Assembly (NCBI GenBank): GCA_964609585.1
Contig: CAZSRA010000007.1
Span: forward strand, 1 to 45,740
Length of the DNA stretch: 45,740 nt
Source: an uncultured Candidatus Saccharimonadales bacterium
Lineage (GTDB): Bacteria; Patescibacteriota; Saccharimonadia; UBA4664
Reading direction: 5' to 3'
The translations under genes were made by a program, and so were the position numbers. Below, piece after piece: positions 19,959 to 27,458 of the stretch. Positions within the stretch are counted from its first letter, which is position 1. Each line of letters starts with the position of its first letter. The notes under the pieces were generated by a model. The model made no database searches. It was not told the origin of the DNA and saw only the letters and a program-made list of their open reading frames with translations.

Positions 19959-22006
19959 GCCACGACCCACTGCAGCGACCCATCGGCTCCATCAAAGGGG
20001 TCGGGGCAGAGATGGAGCGCAAGCTTGCCCGCCTCGGCATCACGACTGCCGCAGATCTCATTCGCCATTTCCCGCGCCGCTACGATGATTTCTCCAAAAT
20101 TATTCCGATTCGTCTTATGCGTGCCGGCAATGTCACCTTCAAAGGCGAAGTGGAGCGCGTCGCCAGCCGCTATGCCCGCGCGCGCAAACTCCACCTCACC
20201 GAAGCTATCATTTCCGACGGCACCGGCACCGTAAAAGCCATTTGGTTCAATCAGCCGTATCTTGCTAAAACCATCCCGACCGGTACTCCCGTGCTCGTCA
20301 GCGGCCAAATAAAATTCAAAAACAACGACCTCGCCCTTCAGTCTCCTGCTATTGAGGCTATCACCGAAGGCAAAACCACCAAAGATACCGCTCGCATTGT
20401 GCCTGTCTATCCCGAAACCGAAGGCCTCTCGAGCAAACAATTGCGTGGCCTCATGCAGCAGGTTTTGCCGCTCGTAGACATCGTCACCGAAACCCTGCCG
20501 GAAGAAGTCATTGCCGCCTCGAAGCTCATGCCACTGGCAAAAGCTCTGCGTGAAATTCATTTTCCTAGCTCGCAGGCTCTCCTTACTAAGGCTCGTCACC
20601 GCCTCGCGTTTGAAGAGCTCTGGTATCTCATCCTCACCAGTCTCGTCATCAAGCATGAAATTAAAACCGAATCAGCACCCGCCGTGCCGTTCGACGTGGA
20701 CGCTGCCAAACAATTCGTTGGCGCGCTCGAGTTTGAACTCACCCCCGCTCAAAAACGGGCCGCCTGGGAGATTTTCCAAGACCTAGCTAAAGACACGCCC
20801 ATGAACCGGCTCCTCGAGGGCGATGTAGGCTCCGGTAAAACCGCTGTTGCCACCATGGCGGCCTATATGGCGATGCAAAACGGCTTTCAAGCTGCGCTCA
20901 TGGTTCCCACCGAAATTCTAGCTCGCCAACATGCCGAAAGCCTAAAGCCCCTCCTCGGGTCGCTCGGCCGTGAAGTGGTCCTCGTGCTGGGCAAACAGCC
21001 TGCCGCCGAGCGTGCTGCAGCCGTCGCATGTATCAATACCGGCGAGCCGCTGCTCGTCATTGGCACTCAGGCCTTGTTGGGGGACACCGTAGTGCTTCCA
21101 AACCTGGGCCTCGTCATTATCGATGAACAGCATCGCTTCGGTGTCGGTCAGCGCACCCAGCTCAAAGCCAAAGCCGGCCGCCTGCCGCATTTGCTCTCCA
21201 TGACCGCCACGCCCATCCCCCGCACGCTCCAACTCACCGTGTACGGCGAACTCGATATATCGCTCATCGAAGGTCTCCCGCCGGGGCGTAAGCCTATCAC
21301 CACGCGTGTCCTCGACGCCAAGCAGCGCGAGCAAGCTTACGGGCTTATCAACGAACAACTCGATGCCGGCCGCCAGGCTTTTATTGTTTGCCCCCTCATC
21401 GACGATTCACCCGAACTCGCCCTTAAAAGTGCCACTACCGAATACGATCGCCTAGCAAAAGGCCCATTCAAACACCGGCGCCTTGGGCTTTTGCACGGGC
21501 GTCTTTCGACCGCCGAAAAACAGGCCACCATGAACGCTTTCGCCAGTGGAGAGCTAGATTTGCTCGTAGCCACCTCTGTGATCGAAGTTGGCATCAACGT
21601 TCCCAATGCCAGCGTCATGCTCGTCGAGGATGCCCAGCGTTTTGGACTCGCCGCCCTTCATCAGCTTCGCGGCCGCATCGGGCGCGGCCCACATCCTTCC
21701 CTGTGCTTCCTCCTTGCCGAAACCAAAGCCGCAGGCACTTTGGAACGCCTGAAAGCTCTCGAAAAATCCCAAGATGGCTTCCGTCTCGCTCAAATTGACC
21801 TTGAGCTGCGTGGGCCCGGCGCTATCTACGGGCGACGCCAACACGGCGCTCTCGACGTCCAGCTCGCCGATATTGCCGACGTCAAACTTCTCGCTAGTGT
21901 TCGTGCCGAGGCCCTAAAATTCCTCTCAGACCCCGCTGCCATGATAAAATATCCTTATGTAGCAACGAAGGTGAACGCGCTCAAGGCCGTTACCTCGCTC
22001 GATTAA
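19955..22006 (+). CDS. recG: ATP-dependent DNA helicase RecG
   Basis: MNRLLEGDVGSGKT, IIDEQHRFGV, MTATPIPRTL, QLRGRIGRG, DLELRGPG. Confidence 0.98.
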   Translation: MSHDPLQRPIGSIKGVGAEMERKLARLGITTAADLIRHFPRRYDDFSKIIPIRLMRAGNVTFKGEVERVASRYARARKLHLTEAIISDGTGTVKAIWFNQPYLAKTIPTGTPVLVSGQIKFKNNDLALQSPAIEAITEGKTTKDTARIVPVYPETEGLSSKQLRGLMQQVLPLVDIVTETLPEEVIAASKLMPLAKALREIHFPSSQALLTKARHRLAFEELWYLILTSLVIKHEIKTESAPAVPFDVDAAKQFVGALEFELTPAQKRAAWEIFQDLAKDTPMNRLLEGDVGSGKTAVATMAAYMAMQNGFQAALMVPTEILARQHAESLKPLLGSLGREVVLVLGKQPAAERAAAVACINTGEPLLVIGTQALLGDTVVLPNLGLVIIDEQHRFGVGQRTQLKAKAGRLPHLLSMTATPIPRTLQLTVYGELDISLIEGLPPGRKPITTRVLDAKQREQAYGLINEQLDAGRQAFIVCPLIDDSPELALKSATTEYDRLAKGPFKHRRLGLLHGRLSTAEKQATMNAFASGELDLLVATSVIEVGINVPNASVMLVEDAQRFGLAALHQLRGRIGRGPHPSLCFLLAETKAAGTLERLKALEKSQDGFRLAQIDLELRGPGAIYGRRQHGALDVQLADIADVKLLASVRAEALKFLSDPAAMIKYPYVATKVNALKAVTSLD

Positions 22007-22022
22007 GGTCTAAAGAGAAACA

Positions 22023-22877
22023 ATGTACGCAGGGTTCATTACTCCAAAACGCGTCGTAAAATCCGCTGGCATCCACCAGCGCCTCGATACCGCTGCCTAC
22101 AAAATGATCGAACGCTACTTGCCGGATGATGCTTTTCCCGCTCTTGCCGACATTCTAAACTTTGAAGGCTACAACGGCCCCGATGGCCTCAACTCCAAAA
22201 TTGGCCTTAGCCCCAAAGGTCTCAAGTCCGAATCCGAAACCGAGCACGACCACAATCCCAGCCATCTTTACGACCCTATCAGCGATACTGGAGAAGTGCC
22301 TACGCATATCCAAAATCACTATGACGGCCTCGTGCGCTGTCTCATTGAAGGTGATATGGTGCGGGGTGCTTTCGAAGCGGCTTGGCTGGCGCATTTCGTC
22401 GGTGATGGTCTCACGCCCGCCCATCATTTTCCCCTCGAAGCCAAAATCGCCGAAGCCGCCGCCAAGGCTGCACCACAATTTGGTGACGGCAACATGAGCA
22501 AATTCACTGCCTTCGTCAAACGCAATTGGGACATTTGGGGCGCCAAAGGACATATGTCCACTCATCAAAATTTTGAGCTTGGCATCGTCTTTGCCCTCCT
22601 CATTTTCCCGATTCGGCCCGAACTCGACGACCAGGAACTCTCTCGTGCCCGCACCCTCGGACCCGTTGAATACTTTAAAGGTGAGGCCAGAGAAGTTGCG
22701 AGTCTCGATCTCTATGATCGGTTCTACAAAGAAGGCTGGAATAACGACATCGCCACCACCATCAAAAAAGTGCTGGCCCCCCAAACAGCATGCACCATTG
22801 GCCTCATTTGGCTACTTGCCTTGCTCGAAGCCGGCCAACGCCTGGCCACCACCGAGATAGAGGCTACTACTCCGTGA
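22023..22877 (+). CDS. Hypothetical protein, possible Zn-dependent phospholipase C / S1-P1 nuclease fold
   Basis: HQRLD, HYDGL, WLAHFVGDGLTPAHH, H..FE pattern of metal ligands. Confidence 0.5.
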   Translation: MYAGFITPKRVVKSAGIHQRLDTAAYKMIERYLPDDAFPALADILNFEGYNGPDGLNSKIGLSPKGLKSESETEHDHNPSHLYDPISDTGEVPTHIQNHYDGLVRCLIEGDMVRGAFEAAWLAHFVGDGLTPAHHFPLEAKIAEAAAKAAPQFGDGNMSKFTAFVKRNWDIWGAKGHMSTHQNFELGIVFALLIFPIRPELDDQELSRARTLGPVEYFKGEAREVASLDLYDRFYKEGWNNDIATTIKKVLAPQTACTIGLIWLLALLEAGQRLATTEIEATTP

Positions 22878-23410
22878 AAGTCCTTTCAGGTAGCCTGCAC
22901 GGCCGGCCCTTTGAACAACCCAAGACCCGCAGCGTCAGACCCTTGTCCGAGAAAGTGCGGGCCGCCCTTTTTGACGTCATCGGTCCCATACAGGGTCTTG
23001 CCGTTCTCGATGCCTACGCTGGCTCTGGCGCCGCCGGTTTTGAGGCGGCCAGCCGTGGGGCTATCCTTGTGGATGCTATTGAAGCGAATGCCCGCGTCGC
23101 TCGCACCATCCAGCAAAATGCTCGCGCCCTAGGCCTTGATTGGGGTTATATCTTGCATACGATGACGATCGAAACCTGGCTTGCCTCACCTCATCAAAAT
23201 CCGCCCACCCCGCGCTACGGCCTCATTATTGCCGACCCGCCATACAATCAATTAAACCCTGACATTATTGAACGTTTGGCGGCCTTCCTCACTCCAGGCG
23301 GCGTGCTCGCGCTTTCTCGCAGTAGCAAGATCCCGCCACCAGTGTTAAAATCAATCGAGCTCGCAGTGGCCAAGACCTATGGCGATACCGCCCTGAGCTT
23401 TTACAAATAA
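22874..23410 (+). CDS. rsmD: RsmD family 16S rRNA methyltransferase
   Basis: RPLSEKVRAALF, VLDAYAGSGAAGFEAASRGA, IIADPPY; GTG start overlapping the upstream stop. Confidence 0.9.
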   Translation: MKVLSGSLHGRPFEQPKTRSVRPLSEKVRAALFDVIGPIQGLAVLDAYAGSGAAGFEAASRGAILVDAIEANARVARTIQQNARALGLDWGYILHTMTIETWLASPHQNPPTPRYGLIIADPPYNQLNPDIIERLAAFLTPGGVLALSRSSKIPPPVLKSIELAVAKTYGDTALSFYK

Positions 23411-23418
23411 ACCCACAT

Positions 23419-23504
23419 GCGGATGTGGTGGAATGGTAGACACGCTAGCCTTAGGAGCTAGTGGGGGTAACCCCGTGAAGGTTCAAGTCCTTTCATCCGC
23501 ACCA
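23419..23504 (+). tRNA. tRNA-Leu(TAG)
   Basis: Acceptor GCGGATG/CATCCGC, D-loop GGAATGGTAGAC, anticodon arm CTAGC-CTTAGGA-GCTAG, long variable arm, GGTTCAAGTCC, encoded CCA. Confidence 0.97.
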
Positions 23505-23518
23505 GATTAGTATCAACC

Positions 23519-23545
23519 AAACCACGACAGAAGTCGTGGTTTTTG
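23519..23545 (+). terminator. Intrinsic terminator after tRNA-Leu (possibly bidirectional)
   Basis: AAACCACGAC-AGAA-GTCGTGGTTT followed by T-rich tail. Confidence 0.8.
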
Positions 23546-23601
23546 TTTTGTCGGAATTTAGTTCCCTCCTCGGCCTTTTCGCACGTCTGGATAAATGAAA
23601 A

Positions 23602-24735
23602 CTATCCCGTCTCTGAATGCTCAAGCGCACGAATAAATAATTCAATATCTTTAGTTTGCAAAACTGGATCTTCAAGGCCTGCATGAAAACGAACGAGTGT
23701 ATTTTTCGGCGCATCAAGCCGACTGCTTAATTCGGTTGGCTGAAATGGCAGAACGAGACTGTGGGTCCCGCCCCATGACTCTCCAATCTTAAATACGGAT
23801 AGTGTAGAAAATAACCTATCAAGCTCAGCGTCTGTATATACTCTATCGAGCTCTACGCTGAATAAACCGTTCGTACCTGTGATGTTGCCTTTCTGACCAT
23901 CTACGAAGTAAATCCTCGGTATCTTTTTGGAATTTTTCATAGAATGCAGTAATCTCCTGGCGTTATTCCCATGTGCAAGTAGTCGTACTTTTAGAGTTTC
24001 CAGTCCACGCTGCACGAGCATAGCTGAAAAGGGTGATACAGTGTAGCCGTGAATCCGGTGGTAATAGCTTAGTTTTTTAAACAGGGTTTCCGACCTTGTG
24101 GTGACTGATCCCATAAATACGTCACTATAGCCAGCCGGATATTTTGTGAGACTGAGAATACTTATATCTACCCCATAATCCAGTGGATGCGACAAAACAC
24201 CGGCTGCCCATGTGTTATCTTCTGATGTTAATATTTCTCGTGATTTAGCTACTTCGACGACTGCATCTATATCAGTTACTTCAAATGTGGCTGATCCTGG
24301 AGATTCAATATGAATGAGCTTGGTTGTGTCGCGAATGGCCCGTTTTAGTGTGGAGAGGTCCTTTACGGAATACATGTCGTATGAGATTCCGAAGCGCTCC
24401 TGTAAATACTGCGCATATCGCCGAACAGGTGCATAGACAATATCCGGAATAAGCCAATGATCGCCCGAAGATAGCAACGCACTAAGCGCAATCAACGCAG
24501 TTAACCCACTGGGAAACAATAGCGTATGGCTACCATGCTCAAGTGCAGAAATAGAATCCTGCAGCTTTTGTAATGTCGGGTTTCCCTGGAGGCCATAGCC
24601 ATTGTCTACCCCGCTCACCACTTGGTTGATAAGCGTTGGTTTTCCGGCGCCTGCCGCTCTGTAGTCATGCAAACTGTCGAAGTACAGGCTAGTGGTTAGT
24701 TGTAATGAACGAGTAGTGTGATCGTTATTTCCCAT
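23602..24735 (-). CDS. metC: Cystathionine beta-lyase-like PLP enzyme (Cys/Met metabolism family)
   Basis: YGLQGNPT, LFPSGLTA, IESPGSATFEV, DNTWAAG, SLTKYPAGYSD (PLP lysine), IGESWGG..SL, VRFHAGLED. Confidence 0.85.
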   Translation of the reverse strand: MGNNDHTTRSLQLTTSLYFDSLHDYRAAGAGKPTLINQVVSGVDNGYGLQGNPTLQKLQDSISALEHGSHTLLFPSGLTALIALSALLSSGDHWLIPDIVYAPVRRYAQYLQERFGISYDMYSVKDLSTLKRAIRDTTKLIHIESPGSATFEVTDIDAVVEVAKSREILTSEDNTWAAGVLSHPLDYGVDISILSLTKYPAGYSDVFMGSVTTRSETLFKKLSYYHRIHGYTVSPFSAMLVQRGLETLKVRLLAHGNNARRLLHSMKNSKKIPRIYFVDGQKGNITGTNGLFSVELDRVYTDAELDRLFSTLSVFKIGESWGGTHSLVLPFQPTELSSRLDAPKNTLVRFHAGLEDPVLQTKDIELFIRALEHSETG

Positions 24736-24738
24736 GAC

Positions 24739-25773
24739 CTACTTCCACTTTCCGAGGAACGCTTTTTCATGCTGTCGCACAACTTTATTCGCCCCGAGAA
24801 TGCCGTGTTGTGTCATGTCGGGCGAGTATCTACTCGCCGGTACGATACGGCCGAGTGCTTCAGCCATTGACCGAACACTATGTGGTGCTCCGCCGCAGCA
24901 GATACCAATGTAGTTAACGCCATACTCCTGCGCTTTAAGTGCGAAATCTGCCATTTCGTTACGCGTGCACAAAAAGTGATCAAGCGACAGCGGGAACGCT
25001 CGTTCGCCTTTGTATTTAAGATATTGAAAGGCCGGGAATTGAGGTGTGGTGCGATACGGAACGGGTTGGGCTGCGATTGGACAAGATACGGCCTTTCGCA
25101 GCTTCTTGAGCAGCGGAAGCATTGTATTGGGGCCGGCTATGCAGTTAAACCCGACTACATCAGCACCTTTTTCTTCAAGGATTCGACAGCCTTCAATCCA
25201 GTCGTATCCATCTTTGCTCTGAGGGTACGTAGTTGCAAAAGTGATAAATGCTGGTAAGTTATATTTCTTGATAACTTCCAGGGCGATCAGCGCCTCTCCA
25301 ACATATTCAATGGTTTCGGCAATAATGAAGTCGACCCCTTCTTCTGCTGCCCATCGTACTTGCTCGTCATACATCTGGCGCACTTCCTCGGAACTTTGTT
25401 CTTTATTGTTGGGGTCATAGACCCAAGTGTTGCAAATATTACCGGCTACAAGCGCATTACCCTCTTCTGCAATTTCCCTTGCAATGCGAACAGCCTGTCT
25501 ATTGAGTCGTTCGAGATCTTTTTCACGGTCGATAACTCGCAATTTATCTCGATGAGCATAATACGTAAACGCTACCATTACTTCACTGCCTGCTCGCAAG
25601 AATTCACGGTGTAACTCGCGGAGTGCATCTGGATAGTCGAGCACGACTTCGGGCACATATGCGCCAGCCTTTAGATAACCCCGGCGTTCAAGTTCAAATA
25701 AATATCCTTCGGCTCCTAGCACAGCACCCTTTTGCAGCCGTTCTAGTATGTTTTGCTTTACTGGTGATGTCAT
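24739..25773 (-). CDS. Homocysteine S-methyltransferase, betaine-homocysteine methyltransferase (BHMT)-like
   Basis: EGYLFELERRGYLKAG, LHREFLRAGS, Zn ligands GFNC and GICCGGAPH; start reassigned to ATG 25773 after GAAAGGA. Confidence 0.92.
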   Translation of the reverse strand: MTSPVKQNILERLQKGAVLGAEGYLFELERRGYLKAGAYVPEVVLDYPDALRELHREFLRAGSEVMVAFTYYAHRDKLRVIDREKDLERLNRQAVRIAREIAEEGNALVAGNICNTWVYDPNNKEQSSEEVRQMYDEQVRWAAEEGVDFIIAETIEYVGEALIALEVIKKYNLPAFITFATTYPQSKDGYDWIEGCRILEEKGADVVGFNCIAGPNTMLPLLKKLRKAVSCPIAAQPVPYRTTPQFPAFQYLKYKGERAFPLSLDHFLCTRNEMADFALKAQEYGVNYIGICCGGAPHSVRSMAEALGRIVPASRYSPDMTQHGILGANKVVRQHEKAFLGKWK

Positions 25774-25802
25774 AGAAATCCTTTCATACGTTATCGAACG
25801 CA

Positions 25803-25830
25803 ATTAAATAAACCGGCCCTAGGCCGGTTT
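25803..25830 (-). terminator. Attenuator terminator upstream of the methyltransferase
   Basis: Minus strand AAACCGGCC-TAG-GGCCGGTTT then ATTTAATT. Confidence 0.75.
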
Positions 25831-25849
25831 GCGTTCAAGTATTTTGGGA

Positions 25850-25924
25850 CTATGAAAGCGGCCTAGGGCGAGACATGGGCATAGGCATCATCACAGTTTG
25901 GGCGTTATGGTGTTTTGTTTGCAT
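25850..25924 (-). CDS. Met-rich leader peptide 1, MQTKHHNAQTVMMPMPMSRPRPLS (24 aa; not in the ORF track)
   Basis: Read directly from the reverse complement; 4 Met in 6 codons; codons 19-22 contain GCCCTAGGCCG, the exact complement of the terminator 5' arm and loop. Confidence 0.8.
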   Translation of the reverse strand: MQTKHHNAQTVMMPMPMSRPRPLS

Positions 25925-25961
25925 GAGTAAATCTCAAGAGCTGTCGATAGTTGTTGTTAGT

Positions 25962-26375
25962 CTACGGGTGCAGCTTTAATCCGTGGACGATTTTGTCGAA
26001 GGTTTTACGATCTGCACGTATGGCTATCCCAACGATAGTAAATGCGCTGTCCCTTAGTGTCTTGACGACTGCTCGATTATCTATATCGTTGTCTGTTTTG
26101 AACATTCCTTCCGCATAAATTGCCGGTTTTACTCCACGATTTAGAGCCCGGTCTTTTGTCCGGATAAGGTGCTCTTGTGGTGCGGCATAGATAAAGACGG
26201 GTTGTACGATCAGTGGCAAATATTTGTGGTTGGTGGCGTCTTCATAGTCCTCTCCTATGCTTTCGGGCGCTGATGCCGCTATTCCAGTTGCCAAGAAGGC
26301 TGTGACATTGAGCTTCTGCCAGTCCAGTAGGTCGTCCCGGATCACGATGCCTACTTTAGTATCATGTGTTGCCAT
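25962..26375 (-). CDS. DUF2000 family protein (peptidyl-tRNA hydrolase II-like fold)
   Basis: KVGIVIRDDLLDWQKLNVTAFLATGI, YEDA...YLPL..QP, ...DKIVHGLKLHP; SD AAAGGAG. Confidence 0.8.
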   Translation of the reverse strand: MATHDTKVGIVIRDDLLDWQKLNVTAFLATGIAASAPESIGEDYEDATNHKYLPLIVQPVFIYAAPQEHLIRTKDRALNRGVKPAIYAEGMFKTDNDIDNRAVVKTLRDSAFTIVGIAIRADRKTFDKIVHGLKLHP

Positions 26376-26393
26376 AGCGAACTCCTTTTACAA

Positions 26394-26421
26394 TAAAAAA
26401 CCTCCGTTTTGCAGCGGAGGT
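26394..26421 (-). terminator. Attenuator terminator upstream of DUF2000
   Basis: Minus strand ACCTCCG-CTGCAAAA-CGGAGGT then TTTTTATT. Confidence 0.85.
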
Positions 26422-26451
26422 AGTTGTCGACTTGATTTATTCTACGACAAA

Positions 26452-26514
26452 CTAAAACTCCGCCTCACGGTGGGGCATCATTGCCATCATCATATTGCGG
26501 GTATTGTTAGTCAT
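26452..26514 (-). CDS. Met-rich leader peptide 2, MTNNTRNMMMAMMPHREAEF (20 aa; alternative in-frame ATG at 26523)
   Basis: 5 Met in 6 codons; 3' end GCGGAGTTTTAGTTTGTCG pairs with CGACAACTACCTCCGC, which includes the terminator 5' arm. Confidence 0.85.
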   Translation of the reverse strand: MTNNTRNMMMAMMPHREAEF

Positions 26515-26521
26515 TGGCTTC

Positions 26522-26550
26522 ATTCTATGTTGCTAGCGGTATTTTATCAA
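26522..26550 (-). promoter_or_regulatory. Promoter of the Met operon, giving a leaderless or near-leaderless leader-peptide mRNA
   Basis: TTGATA-N17-TAGAAT, 7 nt upstream of ATG 26514. Confidence 0.7.
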
Positions 26551-26597
26551 GTGATCGATATCTAAAACCTCAACATCTTCAAGGCCAACTAAAAGTT

Positions 26598-26621
26598 CTG
26601 ACATTGTATATACAATGTCAG
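26598..26621. promoter_or_regulatory. Perfect 24-bp palindrome, probable AbrB/MazE autoregulatory operator
   Basis: CTGACATTGTATATACAATGTCAG directly upstream of the mazE remnant. Confidence 0.7.
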
Positions 26622-26638
26622 TAACCGGAGGACATAAA

Positions 26639-26923
26639 ACGAAAACTACAACCTAAGTAAAAATGTGGGGCAATAGCCTGGCGATCCGCATTCCTTCTCG
26701 GGTAGCCCGAGATCTAGGGCTAACAATCGATAGCCAGATAGAAATCGCCAGCGATGGCAGCACCGCCACCATAAAACGCGAAGAGAACCCCCGCCTATCC
26801 TTAGAAGAAATTAGTCAAACCCCTCGACATACTATCCGACCATTGCAAAAGAGTTCGAATGAAAGCCGTTCAAGGGCACCAAGACACTATTTTTTTATGC
26901 TTCCACTAGACATGAATTGTTGA
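26639..26923 (+). pseudogene. mazE: Decayed AbrB/MazE/SpoVT antitoxin gene; no toxin gene follows
   Basis: GGAGG-N7-ACG AAA ACT ACA ACC TAA GTA AAA ATG TGG GGC AAT AGC (start appears as ACG, in-frame TAA); WGNSLAIRIP..A..LGL motif; similarity lost after LSLEE. Confidence 0.7.
26839..26881 (+). repeat. Direct repeat copy 1 (43 bp)
   Basis: ACCATTGCA-AAAGAGTTCGAATGAAAGCCGTTCAAGGGCACCA; differs from copy 2 by 1 indel and 2 substitutions. Confidence 0.9.
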
Positions 26924-26987
26924 GCCGAACCGACGGTTGCTTCATTTTCTCGAACGAAAGGTCTGGCGGCTTAAGCTGCATCCCGAA

Positions 26988-27329
26988 TTAAAATAGTTTG
27001 CTTCCCAGCGGCACTTCGCGTTCGGGCTGCGACAGAACCACATTGCCATGTGCATCCGCGAAACCAAGCGTAAGGCTTTCTGATATGAACGGACCTATCT
27101 GCTTGGGCGGAAAGTTCACAACTCCCATCACGAGCCGCCCGATCAACTCTTCTTTTGTATAATGTTTGGTTATTTGAGCCGACGAGCGCTTTAAGCCAAT
27201 TTCAGAGCCGAAGTCGATCGTAAGTTTATAGGCTGGTTTTCTTGCTTGAGGAAAATCCTCAGCGGCAATAATTTTCCCGGTTCGAATATCTATTTGCTCA
27301 AAGTCTGCGTAAGTGATGGTATTGTTCAT
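26988..27329 (-). CDS. csaA: tRNA-binding protein CsaA/Trbp111 (homologous to the MetRS C-terminal domain)
   Basis: DFEQIDIRTGKII, KPAYKLTIDFG, SSAQITKHY, VVNFPPKQIGPFISESLTLG. Confidence 0.92.
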   Translation of the reverse strand: MNNTITYADFEQIDIRTGKIIAAEDFPQARKPAYKLTIDFGSEIGLKRSSAQITKHYTKEELIGRLVMGVVNFPPKQIGPFISESLTLGFADAHGNVVLSQPEREVPLGSKLF

Positions 27330-27458
27330 AGGCCAAGTATACTATCCGTGTTCGGAATGACAAGATTTGTCGTCAACATGACGATTAAGTGATATGATAA
27401 ACAACCGCCACATCTGTTATTGTCATTGCGGTATGATGTCGAAAAAAAGGACACCTCT

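Noticed and set aside
25850-26560. SAM riboswitch or T-box upstream of the Met genes
   Set aside because: ATCTCAAGAG (25931-25940) resembles a SAM-I start but is on the wrong strand, and the other conserved elements are missing; no T-box AGGGTGGNACC motif; the uORFs explain the regions better.
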